Of a stretch of 64,000 nt of DNA, positions 1-14,482 are shown piece by piece (position 1 is the first letter of the stretch; each line of letters starts with the position of its first letter). This DNA comes from the human T2T-CHM13v2.0 reference genome, Homo sapiens: NCBI RefSeq assembly GCF_009914755.1, contig NC_060936.1. The stretch is one strand, 5' to 3'. The position numbers were made by a program, and so were the translations under genes. The notes under the pieces were generated by a model. That model had not been told where the DNA came from. It was given only the letters and a program-made list of their open reading frames with translations, and ran no database searches.

Positions 1-891
1 GTGGGGACGTGGAGAGTCTTTATATCTAGCTCAGGGATTGTAAATACACCAATCAGCACCCTGTGTTTAGCTCAAGGTTTGTGAGTGCACCAATCAACAC
101 TCTGTATCTAGCTGCTGGTGAGGACATGGAGAACCTTTATGTCTAGCTCAAGGATTGTAAATACACCAATCGGCACTCTGTATCTAGCTCAAGGTTTGTA
201 AACACACCAATCAGCACCCTGTGTTTTGCTCAAGGTTTGTGAATGCACCAATCGACACTCTGTATCTAGCTGCTCTGGTGGGGCCTTGGAGAACCTGTGT
301 GTGGAAACTCTGTATCTAACTAATCTGATGGGGACGTGGAGAACCTTTGTATCTAGCTCAGGGATTGTAAACGCACCAATCAGCGCCCTGACAAAACAGG
401 CCACTCGGCTCTACCAATCAGCAGGATGTGGGTGGGGCCAGATAGGAGAATAAAAGCAGGCTGCCCGAGCCAGCAGTGGCAACCCGCTCGGGTCCTCTTC
501 CACACTGTGCAGGCTTTGTTCTTTCGCTCTTTGCAATAAATCTTGCTACTGCTCACTCTGTGGGTCCACGCTGCTTTTATGAGCTGTAACACTCACCGCG
601 AAGATCTGCAGCTTCACTCCTGAGCCAGCGAGACCACGAGCCCACCGGGAGGAACGAACACTCCAGACGCACTACCTTAAGAGCTGTAACACTCACCGCG
701 AAGGTCTGCAGCTTCACTCCTGAGCCAGCGAGACCACGAACCCACCAGAAGGAAGAAACTCCGAACACAGCTGAACATCAGAAGGGACAGACTCCAGACG
801 CGCCACCCTAAGAGCTGTAACACTCACCGCGAGGGTCCATGGCTTCATTCTTGAAGTCAGTGAGACCAAGAACCCACCCATTCTGGACACA
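1..891 (+). mobile_element. LTR12 (HERV9/ERV9 LTR, LTR12C-like), 5' part outside the window; lies in a ZNF605 intron, antisense to the gene
   Basis: Tandem U3 units with 7 CCAAT boxes (47-420), AATAAAA TATA-like box at ~449, poly(A) signal AATAAA at 535-540, repeated U5 units (gagctgtaacactcaccgcgaag) and a terminal ...ggacaca. An Alu remnant (892-925) follows directly, so the LTR inserted into an Alu. Confidence 0.93.
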
Positions 892-1515
892 CTGGGATTA
901 CAGGTGTGAGCCACTGTGCCTAGCCGACATGATTCCATTTATAGGACATTCTGGAAAAGGCAAAGCTGTAGTGACAGAGAACAGATAGTGGCGGCCAGGG
1001 ATAAGGGATGCACGGCCACAGAGGGGCCTCACAGACTTCCTGTGTGGTGACGGAGCCGCTCTGTCCCGACTGTGATGTTGATGACATGAACTTGGACGTG
1101 TTTTAAAACTCCTCTGAGGAAGCTGGCTCCTGGTTAAAAAGGTCTGTGCGAAATTTCAGGCACAAACATAAACAATCACCAAGGCTTTACCCTGTGGGCC
1201 TCATGGAGGAAAACTGCCCTCCCCACAACGGACGTGGTGTACAGCCAACGTACTGTGGATGCTACAGGACTATGATGTGGTCCCCGGTCCTGAGTGTATT
1301 GTTGATGCTGATGTCCCATCTATGTACACCCCTGCTAGCCTTTGCCCCAGTCCCTGATGGGAACTGCTGCAGTTAGGGCCGTTACAGAGCAGCATAGGAA
1401 GACTGAATCCACCCGACTCAGGCTATGGCTAGTTCCCTGGCCATTGGATCAGGCCGCCGGCCAGCCTCAGACTGGCAGGTAAAACAAGGTTCCTGGTGGA
1501 GACAGGACTTTTTAA

Positions 1516-1787
1516 AAAAAAAATAATTTCAACTTTTTCTTTAGATCCACAAGTCCATGTGCAGGTTTGTTTTGTGGGTTTACTGCGTAATGCTGAGGTT
1601 TGGGGTACGACTGATCCTGTCGCCCAGGTGGTGAGCACAGAACCCAACAGGCTTCCCTCTTCCCTCCCTCCCTCCCCACGTTTGAGGTCCCCTGTGTCTA
1701 CTGGCCCCATCTTCGTGTCCACGTGTACCCAGTGTTTTGCTCCCACTTATAAATAAGAACAGAGAACATTTGGTTTTCTGTTCCTGA
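1516..1787 (-). mobile_element. L1 3'-end fragment (L1PB/old L1PA-like)
   Basis: Typical L1 3'UTR sequence (catgtgcaggtttgtt...gctgaggtttggggt...tcccacttataaataagaac) in reverse orientation. Confidence 0.75.
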
Positions 1788-2509
1788 GGACGAGACATTT
1801 AGATAAAAATCAGTTCTGCTCCTAAGAAGCATTTTGTTACCCATACGGGTGCTCACCAAAAAGACTCCAGTGCTGACCCAGGAAACACAACCACCCAACT
1901 GCGCTTGCTAAATGCAGACTAAGATGTCTTCCACTCCGGAGCAAGCAGATATGTGACTGACCGCCTCATGGAGCCATGAGAAACGTCCCACAGAGATGCA
2001 GACATGGCCTAGACCGAGCCTCCGCGTGTGCTGCTTCTGCTCTCAGAAGACGGTGAACCACGGGAAACAGCTGTCCTGCTTTCCAGACTCTGGTCAAGGC
2101 TAGCAGCGCCCAAAGGTAGATTGCCAGGTCAATCGGCCATGACATTCTCGGCAGGTAGATCAATGTTTCGCTGTTTCCTTGTGGTTTGGCCCAGCCAACC
2201 CCACACATTCCACTGACTTGGGCCACACTATCCAGGCCCGACATGACCAGATCTGCTTCCCGTTCAGGTTTCCTGAGCGCAGTGCTTCTGAGAACAGCCC
2301 CAGTCCAAACTACACATCAATAGGCCCAATCATGGGGCGTCTGAGGAACCGTATCGCTCACGAGCAACAGGGTAACTGACTGTTGTAACGGACAGCTTCG
2401 GTGGCTGCTGGGAGGGGACGAGATAACCGCAGCCTGGACTACGCAGCTCAGGCAAGCGACCTCAGGCCTCACGCAGCCGTTCCCCGCAGGGCACTTCCCA
2501 CGGGTACCT

Positions 2510-2666
2510 CCAGGCTGCCCTCCGTCACGCGTCCCTCTTCTCCGGGCTGCCCTCCGTCACGCGCCCTTTTCCAGGCTGCCCTCTGTCACGCTCCTTCTCG
2601 AGGCTGCCCTCCATCACGCGTCCTTCTTCTCCAGGCTGCCCTCCATCACGCACTCTTCTTCTCCAG
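2510..2666. repeat. Degenerate ~30-bp minisatellite, 5 copies (ccaggctgccctccgtcacgcgtccctcttct)
   Basis: Units start at 2510, 2542, 2571, 2599 and 2631. Confidence 0.9.
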
Positions 2667-3856
2667 TTACAGACACCTCAGACTCCACGGGGCACGGTGC
2701 AAGGCCCTTTCATCCCCTTTCTGAAGCCTCAAATAGACGGGAGATATGTAAACCTATTTTTAAACCTTTTAAAAGTTCAGGATTTTGTGCTCAACAATTC
2801 TTAAACATGATTTATCTTTTTGGTTATGTAAAAATATTTTGTCCCTCTTGTATACAACCTTTCCAGACAGCACGTATGAATGAAAACAGGAGACATTTTG
2901 TTCTTAAGTTTTGATTACTACATGGGACACACAGGTAACAGAAAAACAAAACAAAACTGGCATCTGGGAGGCTCAGGGAAAGGGAAAAAATAATAATGAT
3001 CTTTATTTTTCAGACCTGCTCCTAAAAGCTTTCTCCTCCTCCTAAAAAACCAAACACAAGAGGTCCTCTTGCTGCCTTTCCATGGACTGTGGCGGCTGTG
3101 GACTTGGACCGTCTGCTGAGCCCACACCTCGGCTTCCTCACGGTGCTGACGAGGAGAGGCAGAGGACTGCCTTGGCTCCTGGGCTCTGTGCAGAACTCCT
3201 CCAGAGACTGTCCACACTTGATAAGGTGGGACTAACAAACTCATGTCATGGATAAACAGAATGGTTTGGAACTCAGTCCCAGGCAGGCCCTCTGAAGTCA
3301 AGGCCTAAACCCAATGATCCAGACTGGACAGAGGCCCGACAATGGGAAGCCACCTTGGATCCCTGTTAACCTCACAACCTGAGGCGTGCGTGCCCGGCTG
3401 GGGCACCTGACCTTGTGAATTCGTTGTTTCTAGGGGACCACGTGTGCCCTCTGGGATTGCACTCAGGACCTGTCTCAGCCTGGAAGACATTCAGGTCACG
3501 TTCAGTTTCCTGGCCAGTGTTCTGCTGTGCCTGAATTGATGCCTCAGGCCAGGTAAAGAAGATTCACACAGATTCTTCTGTCTCTCCAGTGGGCTGTGGG
3601 GCGTCTTTCCTGGCATGGCAACTGCCGAGGTGACTGCTGAGGCCATGTTCAGTCCTCCGGGCCCGACCATCCTGCTTGGAGTGGCGTCATAGCCATGGTC
3701 TGCTGTTGCCTCAGACGATTTACCTGGTTATTGTCACGGCCCGTCAAAGTCTGACCTATTGGGGTCCATGATGAGGTAGCCTGTTTCACACTTAGGTCCT
3801 AAAAAATCAAGGAGTGGAGTCAAGGAGTTCAGCTCCTGGTTAAATACCTGTAGTGC

Positions 3857-4202
<346 letters not shown>

Positions 4203-4571
4203 TTACCCAGCAGGCCTCAGGGGAAAACTGCCCTCCCAAGAGACTTGGTGCACGGCCAGCACACTCTGGTCTTTGAGGGGAGCTGCAGTCAGGGGTCGTG
4301 ATCTCACACATTTGCCCTTCTTACCCAGGCACCTGCACTCCAGTCTCCTGAGGCCTTTCTCAGGTGCTAATGCAAGACCTCCTCGTTGGGGTGGGGGAGA
4401 ACCCTGAAGACACTTTTCCCCACTTTGACTCAGTACCTGGTACTTTTCTACTCCCAGCCCCTCCCTCCCTACCCCAGGGTCCAAAAAAATTGCTGGAGTT
4501 TTTTGTTCAGGGCTCCCTCGGCTGAGGGCAAAGAGACAATCCCCACATCTGCACTGATGCAACTGGCTCTT

Positions 4572-5000
4572 TGTCAGAAGCATTAGAACCAAAGCGACTC
4601 CATCTTGAGTGAGGGCGAGGGAAAATGAGGCTGGAGCTTGCTGGACAGCATTGCCGGGAGGTGAGGTATTCCTGGCCTCTAGATGTTTACGGTTAAGGGA
4701 ACAGATTAATAATGTTTACTAAACAGGCCCATGCCCAGGAACGTCCTGATGTCCCCATGTCTTGAGAACAAAACCGTTTCTAATTTTGCTTTAAAGATAA
4801 TAATATTGATTCTTATAAAATATATTAAGAAAATCAATCCTTTATCACAAACCCTTGTGGCTGAGCACATCTCCCTGTGACTGTCATTGTTGTTGTCCTA
4901 CATGTCAACAAGCCTTGTACCTAGGGTGGGCGCCTTCCTCCTCCTGCTTTCCGGAATGCCCTGCTCTGCCTATGGAGTAGCTATCCTTTATTCCTTTACT
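4572..5000 (+). mobile_element. MER41-family ERV1 LTR, 3'-truncated
   Basis: Starts tgtcagaagcattagaaccaaagcgactccatcttga, matching the recalled MER41 5' end. Ends at an Alu remnant (~5000-5058). Confidence 0.72.
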
Positions 5001-5770
5001 TTTTTTTTTTTGAGACGGCGTCTTGCTCCGTCACCCAGGCTGGAGTGCAGTGGTGCCACTCCTGGCGTAGGACTGAACATCAAAAAAAGAAAATATCAGG
5101 AAGAAAGGAAAGGCAGGGAAAGGGTGAGAGGGGAGAGGCTGACTAGGTGGTAAGAATTCCTCCGAAAGGTGAGGGGACACCACAGTCTGTTTCTTGAGTC
5201 AACAAAGTATGGAAACAGAGCTGAACGCAGATCCCTGCATGTCAAGCCTCTGCCAACAGGAGCGGCATTTCCATCCAAAACACATCAACATTCCAGTGGA
5301 GAGCATACTTATGGGGACCATTTGAAGGTTTCGTAATGATCAATTCTGCCAGGTGATTTAAGTTTCTTTCCTAAAACTGGAATCTAGGTAGGATGTGCAA
5401 CCAAGACCCCATCTCAGTCCTCGAAGAAACTGTGTTCTGAATTCTTTCGATTCATGCCCTTAGCTGACATTGAGGAGCTCCAAGAAATAGTCCTAGGAAA
5501 CCTGTTTGTTTATTACAAGGCTGCTATTTAGGATCTTACCACTATGCCATGTATATGAATAATTATCAAAACATTTTCTTTATGTGTAATTATCGGAAGT
5601 ATTTGCTTCTCCAGAGTAATTTGTCTGCTTTTTCCTTTTGACAAGAGGAACCCACGTTAACTATTCCTACTTCCCTTTCTGTTATGGCTTCTGGAAATAA
5701 CAGAAAAGCTTGCAGTTCAACTCTGTAACAGGGAAGGATCCCATTTCTTATTGATCTCTTCCAACTTTAA

Positions 5771-6127
<357 letters not shown>

Positions 6128-6177
6128 TAGACCCTTCTGTGTGTTGCAGAGATTTCTGTAAGCCTCATAACACCCAC

Positions 6178-6415
6178 GAAACAGAGGATAAACCGATAAC
6201 CCACCTGTGACTGGATCATTTTCATGAAACAGAGGATAAACCGATAACCCACCTGTGACTGGATCATTTTCATGAAACAGAGGATAAACCGATAACCCAC
6301 CTGTGACTGGATCATTTTCATGAAACAGAGGATAAACCGATAACCCACCTGTGACTGGATCATTTTCATGAAACAGAGGATAAACCGATAACCCACCTGT
6401 GACTGGATCATTTTC
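6178..6415. repeat. 48-bp tandem repeat, 5 copies, spanning the ZNF605 start codon and exon 3 splice donor
   Basis: Unit gaaacagaggataaaccgataacccacctgtgactggatcattttcat starts at 6178, 6226, 6274, 6322 and 6370. The copies are identical apart from the last being 46 nt. Confidence 0.97.
6397..6411 (-). CDS. ZNF605: ZNF605 first coding segment (MIQSQ), phase-0 donor GTGGGT; CDS continues outside the window
   Basis: Minus strand reads ggaaaATG ATC CAG TCA CAG|gtgggt with A at -3. This is a typical short KRAB-ZNF start exon, and the peptide matches the recalled ZNF605 N-terminus. Confidence 0.85.
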
Positions 6416-6573
6416 CGCTGCTCTTGGGAAATCTGCTGTTTTGTGACTTCTCTTAGTCCTGACACCCTGGAGTGGCCTCTGGTCAGTGGTCTGTAAACTG
6501 AGAATACATCCTTGGTCTTGTGGGCTCTTCTTTCTTATCTCACATGAATTGTCTTGTTCCAGAGGGCTATTGC
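6397..6573 (-). other. ZNF605: ZNF605 exon 3 (177 nt; 162 nt 5'UTR plus 15 nt CDS)
   Basis: Acceptor ccactgcatccacag|G (AG at 6575-6574) and donor CAG|gtgggt (GT at 6396-6395). Confidence 0.8.
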
Positions 6574-7670
6574 CTGTGGATGCAGTGGACATTTTATTTT
6601 AGATGATCTAATTAATTTGGGAACCTAAATCTTGGTGTTCTCTTGCTGGGAGCTCAGATTATTTAAAGTCTCGAACTAGATGTTGGGTAGGCTCACACCA
6701 GGGCTAGCGGGCGGGAAGCAGGGTGGAATGTGAGCTACTAGCACGTCTCCGTCGGGTCTGACCTGCATCTAGGCCAGGTCTGCAGTACGCACGGAACTGA
6801 ACAGCCCCGGCTCCACCCATAAATGCCAGATGGAAACCACTCCCCTGGCTGGTTCAAGCAGACACCTCCAGAGGAGCACCACTACCCTAGACTGCTCAGC
6901 ACAGACATCATGAAGCTCTGGAAATGCCATGAGGACTTATCCATTTGGCAGCAATACTTCCTGGAGGCACCTAAATCAAATTACTTGTGTTAAGTGCTAC
7001 AGAGTAAAACGCCAACTTACTTCTAGGCAGGGTGGTAAACAGAAAATGGACTTTAGACGGAGATGGATCAGCCCAGGAACAAAAGGAAAACATAGATCAG
7101 AGGAACTAATGTAAGAGTAAAAAAAGAAAAACAGACACCCCTGGGCAGACGCAGGCTGGGGTGGAGCTGAGGCGTGGGTCTGAGGCTGAGCAGGGCCTGG
7201 CTGCAGCCTACAGCAGATGGGAGCCAGAGGGCGCAGCAAGACACAAGGCAGGGAATGTCTTATGTTGCCTCTTCCCCAGTTCACACCGGAACAGATACTG
7301 CCTGCACTTTCCTTCAGAAATCAGCAGTAACAGCCCAGCTGCCGGTTTCCAAGGGGTACCTGAGGCAGACCCCAGTCCCTGTGGAACTGAGGAATCATGG
7401 AGGGGTAAAGGCTGCTGCTGTTCTTTGGGTATTTTCTGACCTCCTGCCTCCAGCATCCCAGGGCTGGGAGTTGCGGGAGTGGCAACTCACAAGCTGCCCA
7501 GAGTGGGGGCAGCTCACAGCTGGAAGAGGGGGCACAATTCCCAGGTCTACCCTCTGTCCTGGGCCCCTGAGCGCCCCTCTGCTTCAACTCATCAGAAGCT
7601 TCAGAGACTAAAGCCTGGCCTTCAGCCCTTCCCTCACGCGCATCTCCAGACCACGTGGGGGAGCAGCTGA

Positions 7671-8102
<432 letters not shown>

Positions 8103-8214
8103 TGAGACAGGGTCTTGCTCTGTCACCCAGGCTGGAGTGCAGTGGCATGATCTTGGCTCACCGTAGCCTCAACCTTCCTGGGCTCAGGTGAATTCTCCCA
8201 CAACAGCCTCCTGA

Positions 8215-8406
<192 letters not shown>

Positions 8407-8528
8407 TAATAAAATTATTTTTCTTTATTTTCTACTTTTGTGAAGAGGTCTTCTGGGTTGGCAGATTTTAGGTTTATTTCCCCAAATAATCAGGCCAAAT
8501 ACTCAGGTAACTAAGTATAACCATCATC

Positions 8529-8804
8529 TTTAAAACTTTTTCAAAAGTTTTTTTTTTTTTTGAGGTGGAGTTTCGCTCTTGTTGCCAGGGCTGGAGTGCA
8601 GTGGCGTGATCTCGGCTCACTGCAACCTCCACCTCCAAACTTTTGGAGCCCTTAACCCCTCCATGATTCCTCAGTTCCACAGGGACTGGGGTCTGCCTCA
8701 GGTACCCCTTGGAAACCAACAGCCTGGGCTGTTACTGCTGATTTCTGAAGGAAAGTGCAGGCGGTATCTTTTCCAGTTTTAAAAACTTTTAAAACTTTTT
8801 CAAA
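8529..8804 (-). mobile_element. Chimeric insertion: 5'-truncated Alu (8548-8636) fused to an inverted copy of local sequence, flanked by a 17-bp direct repeat
   Basis: tttaaaactttttcaaa occurs at 8529-8545 and 8788-8804. Segment 8647-8777 is the near-identical reverse complement of 7285-7413. Confidence 0.8.
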
Positions 8805-8922
8805 GACCACAAACTGCACAAAAGATACCATCTTAGGCAGAAGATGGAAAAGACTGACCAAGATTTAAAATAAGCATAATGAACTCAAAAAGCACCACAT
8901 CCTGGTACACACGAATGCTCAC

Positions 8923-9045
8923 ACTTTACATTTCTTCACTGCCCATGGACCAGGCCACTTAGATGAAGCCAGACACGGAATCAGAGCCAAAGAACTGAAG
9001 GACACGCAGCTGCACAGGGACGCTCTTTCCTTCATCAGAATGAGT
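8923..9045 (-). other. ZNF605: ZNF605 exon 2 (123 nt, 5'UTR)
   Basis: Acceptor catttcttttcag|A (AG at 9047-9046) and donor AGT|gtgagc (GT at 8922-8921), in non-repetitive sequence between exons 1 and 3. Confidence 0.75.
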
Positions 9046-9652
9046 CTGAAAAGAAATGTCCAAAAAAAGCTTCCTGTAAACTTGGGAGACAAGAGGGACG
9101 GAAATTCTACCTCACGTAGCAATCCTGCCAAGCAACGTTTGTCCAGCACTTGCCATCTACACCTGTGGAGCGAGGCCACGTGGCCTAGGAATGGTTGTCG
9201 AGCAGCTCTGAAGCTCCCAGGGCTGAAGCAGGTGACTCCCAAGCACACGGCAAGGGCCCCACAGGCAAGGGGCTAACCGGCTAGCCAGGAAGATAACAAG
9301 TGGCACGAGGCCAGTGGCACCTTTCCAGAAAGTGAGGTAAACTGAGCGAGAAGACCTACAGCAAGAGCCCTTTTCTCGTCTTTGTGTGTCTTCACTGTCC
9401 CACAGAAATAGAGTAAGCAATGACTGAAGTCTCCGCTCCCCTGCCTCAAATGAGGGAGGAAAGTTAGGACTGGATATTAGCAAACGGCCGGGTTTTGCCT
9501 CAGGGCAACTGAAAAAAAGAGTACAGCCAGACGCCACTCCTCTGCGCGGTCTCCCACGTACCCCAGAGGCTGAGGATTGGAGAATTAGACAAGGGTCGTT
9601 CCCAGGTGACCCCACGCTCAGGAACCCCACGGTGCACAGCCAGCAGCATCCA

Positions 9653-10381
9653 CACCTGCAGGGCCCAGGAGGCGGGGACCAGTGTAGCTCACGCCTGGCA
9701 CCTGCGGAAGCAGACATCAGCGTAGCTCACGCCTGGCACCTGCAGGGAGCAGGAGGCAGAGACCAGTGTAGCTCACGCCTGCTTGGTATCTGTTGGGGGA
9801 AAGGCTTATGGGGTGCCTGTATTAACTGGCCATAAAAATATGGGACAAGAAGTTGTGGAAAGCCTCGGAGGAAAGCCTTCTTATCGCCGTGATGTTCCCA
9901 GGCTCTGAGTGAGTTGCTCCATCATCCATAAACACTGTGTTCAAGGAGAAGGACACTCCTTTGAAGCACTGGAAGCCAGACGTGCAGGCTCCTACTTAAG
10001 CCCACTCCCACTAGCTACTCTCCGATAAGTTAAAAATAGGCTGTTTGAGCACAAAGGAGATTCATTTAAACCACCAGTGCTATAGATTACACGTATGATG
10101 GGCGCACTGCCTCCCTTTCACTGTTTCGCCCTGAACGTCTGCTTCTTAGCTGTAAGTGATGGTACTCAATCAATAGAGTGGAGACCAGAACCCTGCGCCT
10201 TTTGCAGCCTCCGATTTGCAATTGGCCCCCTGGCCCTCACTCTTTATGCACTCTTAACCTGTCTCTTCTCATTCCTTTGTCGCCACCGGACTTTGGGTAC
10301 CCTACGGGTGGTGTTGAGGCTGGTCCCCAACAGTATCTGCAGGGAGCAGGAGGCGGAGACCAGTGTAGCTCGCGCCTGGCA
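9653..10381. repeat. ~38-50-bp degenerate minisatellite (cacctgcagggagcaggaggcggagaccagtgtagctcacgcctgg), 4 copies, split by an LTR
   Basis: Three units at 9653-9785 and one at 10333-10381. Confidence 0.8.
9791..10332 (+). mobile_element. Solo ERVK-class LTR (LTR22/HML-5-like) with 5-bp TSD gtatc
   Basis: TG...CA termini (tgttggggg...ccccaaca) and TSD at 9786-9790 and 10333-10337. The family name is from memory of the consensus ends. Confidence 0.7.
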
Positions 10382-11104
10382 TTGGCTCCCAAGTTCTTAA
10401 TGTCTCCCTCTCCGTCATTAAGAGAATCAAGGTAAGACTCAGGTCACCAGGGGAGACAGGTCCCAGTGTCAACAGGGACAGTTAACAGCCACAGTCTCTC
10501 TGGAAGCATTGGCTGAACTCTGGATTCTGACCCAAACCGTGGTGAATGGCAGAGCAAGGACACTGAGGTAGGAGGAATTCCTAGAAATGGCGGGAAAGGA
10601 GAGGCATGGCGCAGGCTTCGCCCGTTCGCAGCTGAAGTAGAGAGAAAGGTCAGAGGCTCTAAGAGGACTCTTTCTAGTCCGCAGTGTGAAGGGTTTGCGG
10701 CTCGAGGCAGATTCTCGAGAAAAAACATCCTGGAAGAGCCCAGAGATTGGCATCCAAAGACGCAGCTCCTCCTGAGACGCCTGGGAGCTCCTTCAGGCTT
10801 GTGGCACAGAGGTCGGGGGCTCTACCATCTAGGAGGCCCAGAGAGAAGCCCTGACTACAAAGAGACCCCATAGTTACTGGCATCCAAACCTGGGGTCCCT
10901 GAGATCAAGGTCCCCCTGCCCTCCCGGAAGCTTCGAATTAGTTCGGACCCTTTTTGAGTGAATGCAGAGGGGACCTCCTCCGGCTGCTTCTCCAGCAAAG
11001 GGAACATCTTGTCGTCCTGAGTCCAAAAGCAGCCACCCTGGCCTCCCCCTTCAGAATCCTGAGTATTTAATCCCTCTGCTCTCACATTCACACCGAAACT
11101 CTCA

Positions 11105-12758
11105 CCCCACACACACTGATCTACAAGTACACGCACACTCAGACATGCGCACACACTCACGGATGCACACACATGCACACGTACAGACACGCACATACGT
11201 GCAGACGTGCACAGACGCACATACAGACACACAGACATGCACACACAGACGCACACGTACAGACATGCGCAGACATGCACACACACAGACGCACACACAC
11301 TCAGACACACTAATACACCCGTACATCACACACAGACGTGCACACACACTGATGCACACGTACACACACACAAAGACAGGCATACACAGACACCCTGAGT
11401 ACATCGCACATACACTCACAGACACACACAGATACACAGGTACACACACAGTACACACAGACATGCACACACACTCACAGATATGTACATCACACAGACA
11501 TGTACAGACATACTGATAACACACGTACATCACAGACATGTACACACAGACACACTGATACATCATACACAGAGACATGTACACACACTGATAACGAACA
11601 TCACACATACAGACATGTACAGACACACTGATACAAATACATCACACATACTCACAGACGCACACACATACTGATACACACGTAACGTATACACAGACAC
11701 GTACACATAGACATGCACACACACACTCAGACACACTGATACACATGTACATCACACGCAGACATGTACAGACATACTGATAACACGTACATCACAGACA
11801 TGTACACACAGATACATCATACACAGACATGTACACACACTGATACGTACATCACGCATACTCACAGACGTACAGACACACTGATACACAAGTACATCAC
11901 GCATACACACACACTGGTACATAACGTATACACAGACGTACACACAGACATGCACACACACTCAGACACACTGATACACATGTACATCACACATACACTC
12001 AGACACGTACATACAGACGCACATGTACATCACACACAGATACACGTACACACAGACACGTACACAGACATGCACACACTGATACACACGTACATCACAC
12101 ACACAGACACGTACACACAGATACACACGTACATCACACATATACGTACACACAGATACGTACATCACACACACTCACAGACACGTACACCCACAGATAC
12201 GTATCTCATACATATACACACTCAGACATGCACGCAGATTCATACATACATCACATATACACACACACGTACACACACACTGATGTACACGTACGTCACA
12301 CACACACATACACACACTGATGCACACGTATACCATACACACAGACATGCACACACTCAGACACAGATACACACGTTCGTATCACAGACACGTACAGATA
12401 CACTGATGCACACGTACATCCCACATAACATACACAGACATGCACAAACTCAGATATACACGTACACCACACATGCACACACAATGATACATACATGACA
12501 CATACACATGTACAACACACATCACACAGACAAGTACACACACATTGATACACATGTACATCACACATCACACACATACACATACACCACACATACACAT
12601 ACACGCATACATCACACACTATACTCACACTCATACACACATACACACTCATACACACATCACACACATTCAAACACATACGTACATCACACAATACACA
12701 TTCCCACACACGTACATACATCACATACACACACGTTCACACACATCACACACACACA
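11105..12758. repeat. ~1.65-kb degenerate (CA)n/(TACA)n low-complexity tract (UG-rich on the ZNF605 pre-mRNA)
   Basis: Near-continuous purine/pyrimidine alternation with recurring acacactgatacacacgtacatcacac motifs. Confidence 0.95.
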
Positions 12759-12936
12759 GTCTCATTTACTCGCTACGAAAGCAGCATTTGCTGAATTCCT
12801 ATTACACACCAGGCACTGTTCTGAGCACACGGGAAAGACCACTCAACAAGATGTACGGTGTCTCTGCCCTCTAGGGAAACAGCCAAGTAAATAAATGATT
12901 TCTGACTGTGAGCGCTCAGAAGAAATTTTAACTGTG

Positions 12937-14482
<1,546 letters not shown>

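Noticed and set aside
4945-4960. STAT1 GAS site in the MER41 LTR
   Set aside because: The sequence is TTCCGGAA (2-nt spacer), not the canonical TTC-N3-GAA.
6178-6415. CRISPR-like array (also considered for 35339-35586 and 50345-50647)
   Set aside because: The units are head-to-tail with no unique spacers, there are no cas genes, and the context is primate genomic DNA.
10855-12894. His/Thr-rich and Cys/Val-rich ORFs
   Set aside because: They are translations of the (CA)n/(TG)n tract.
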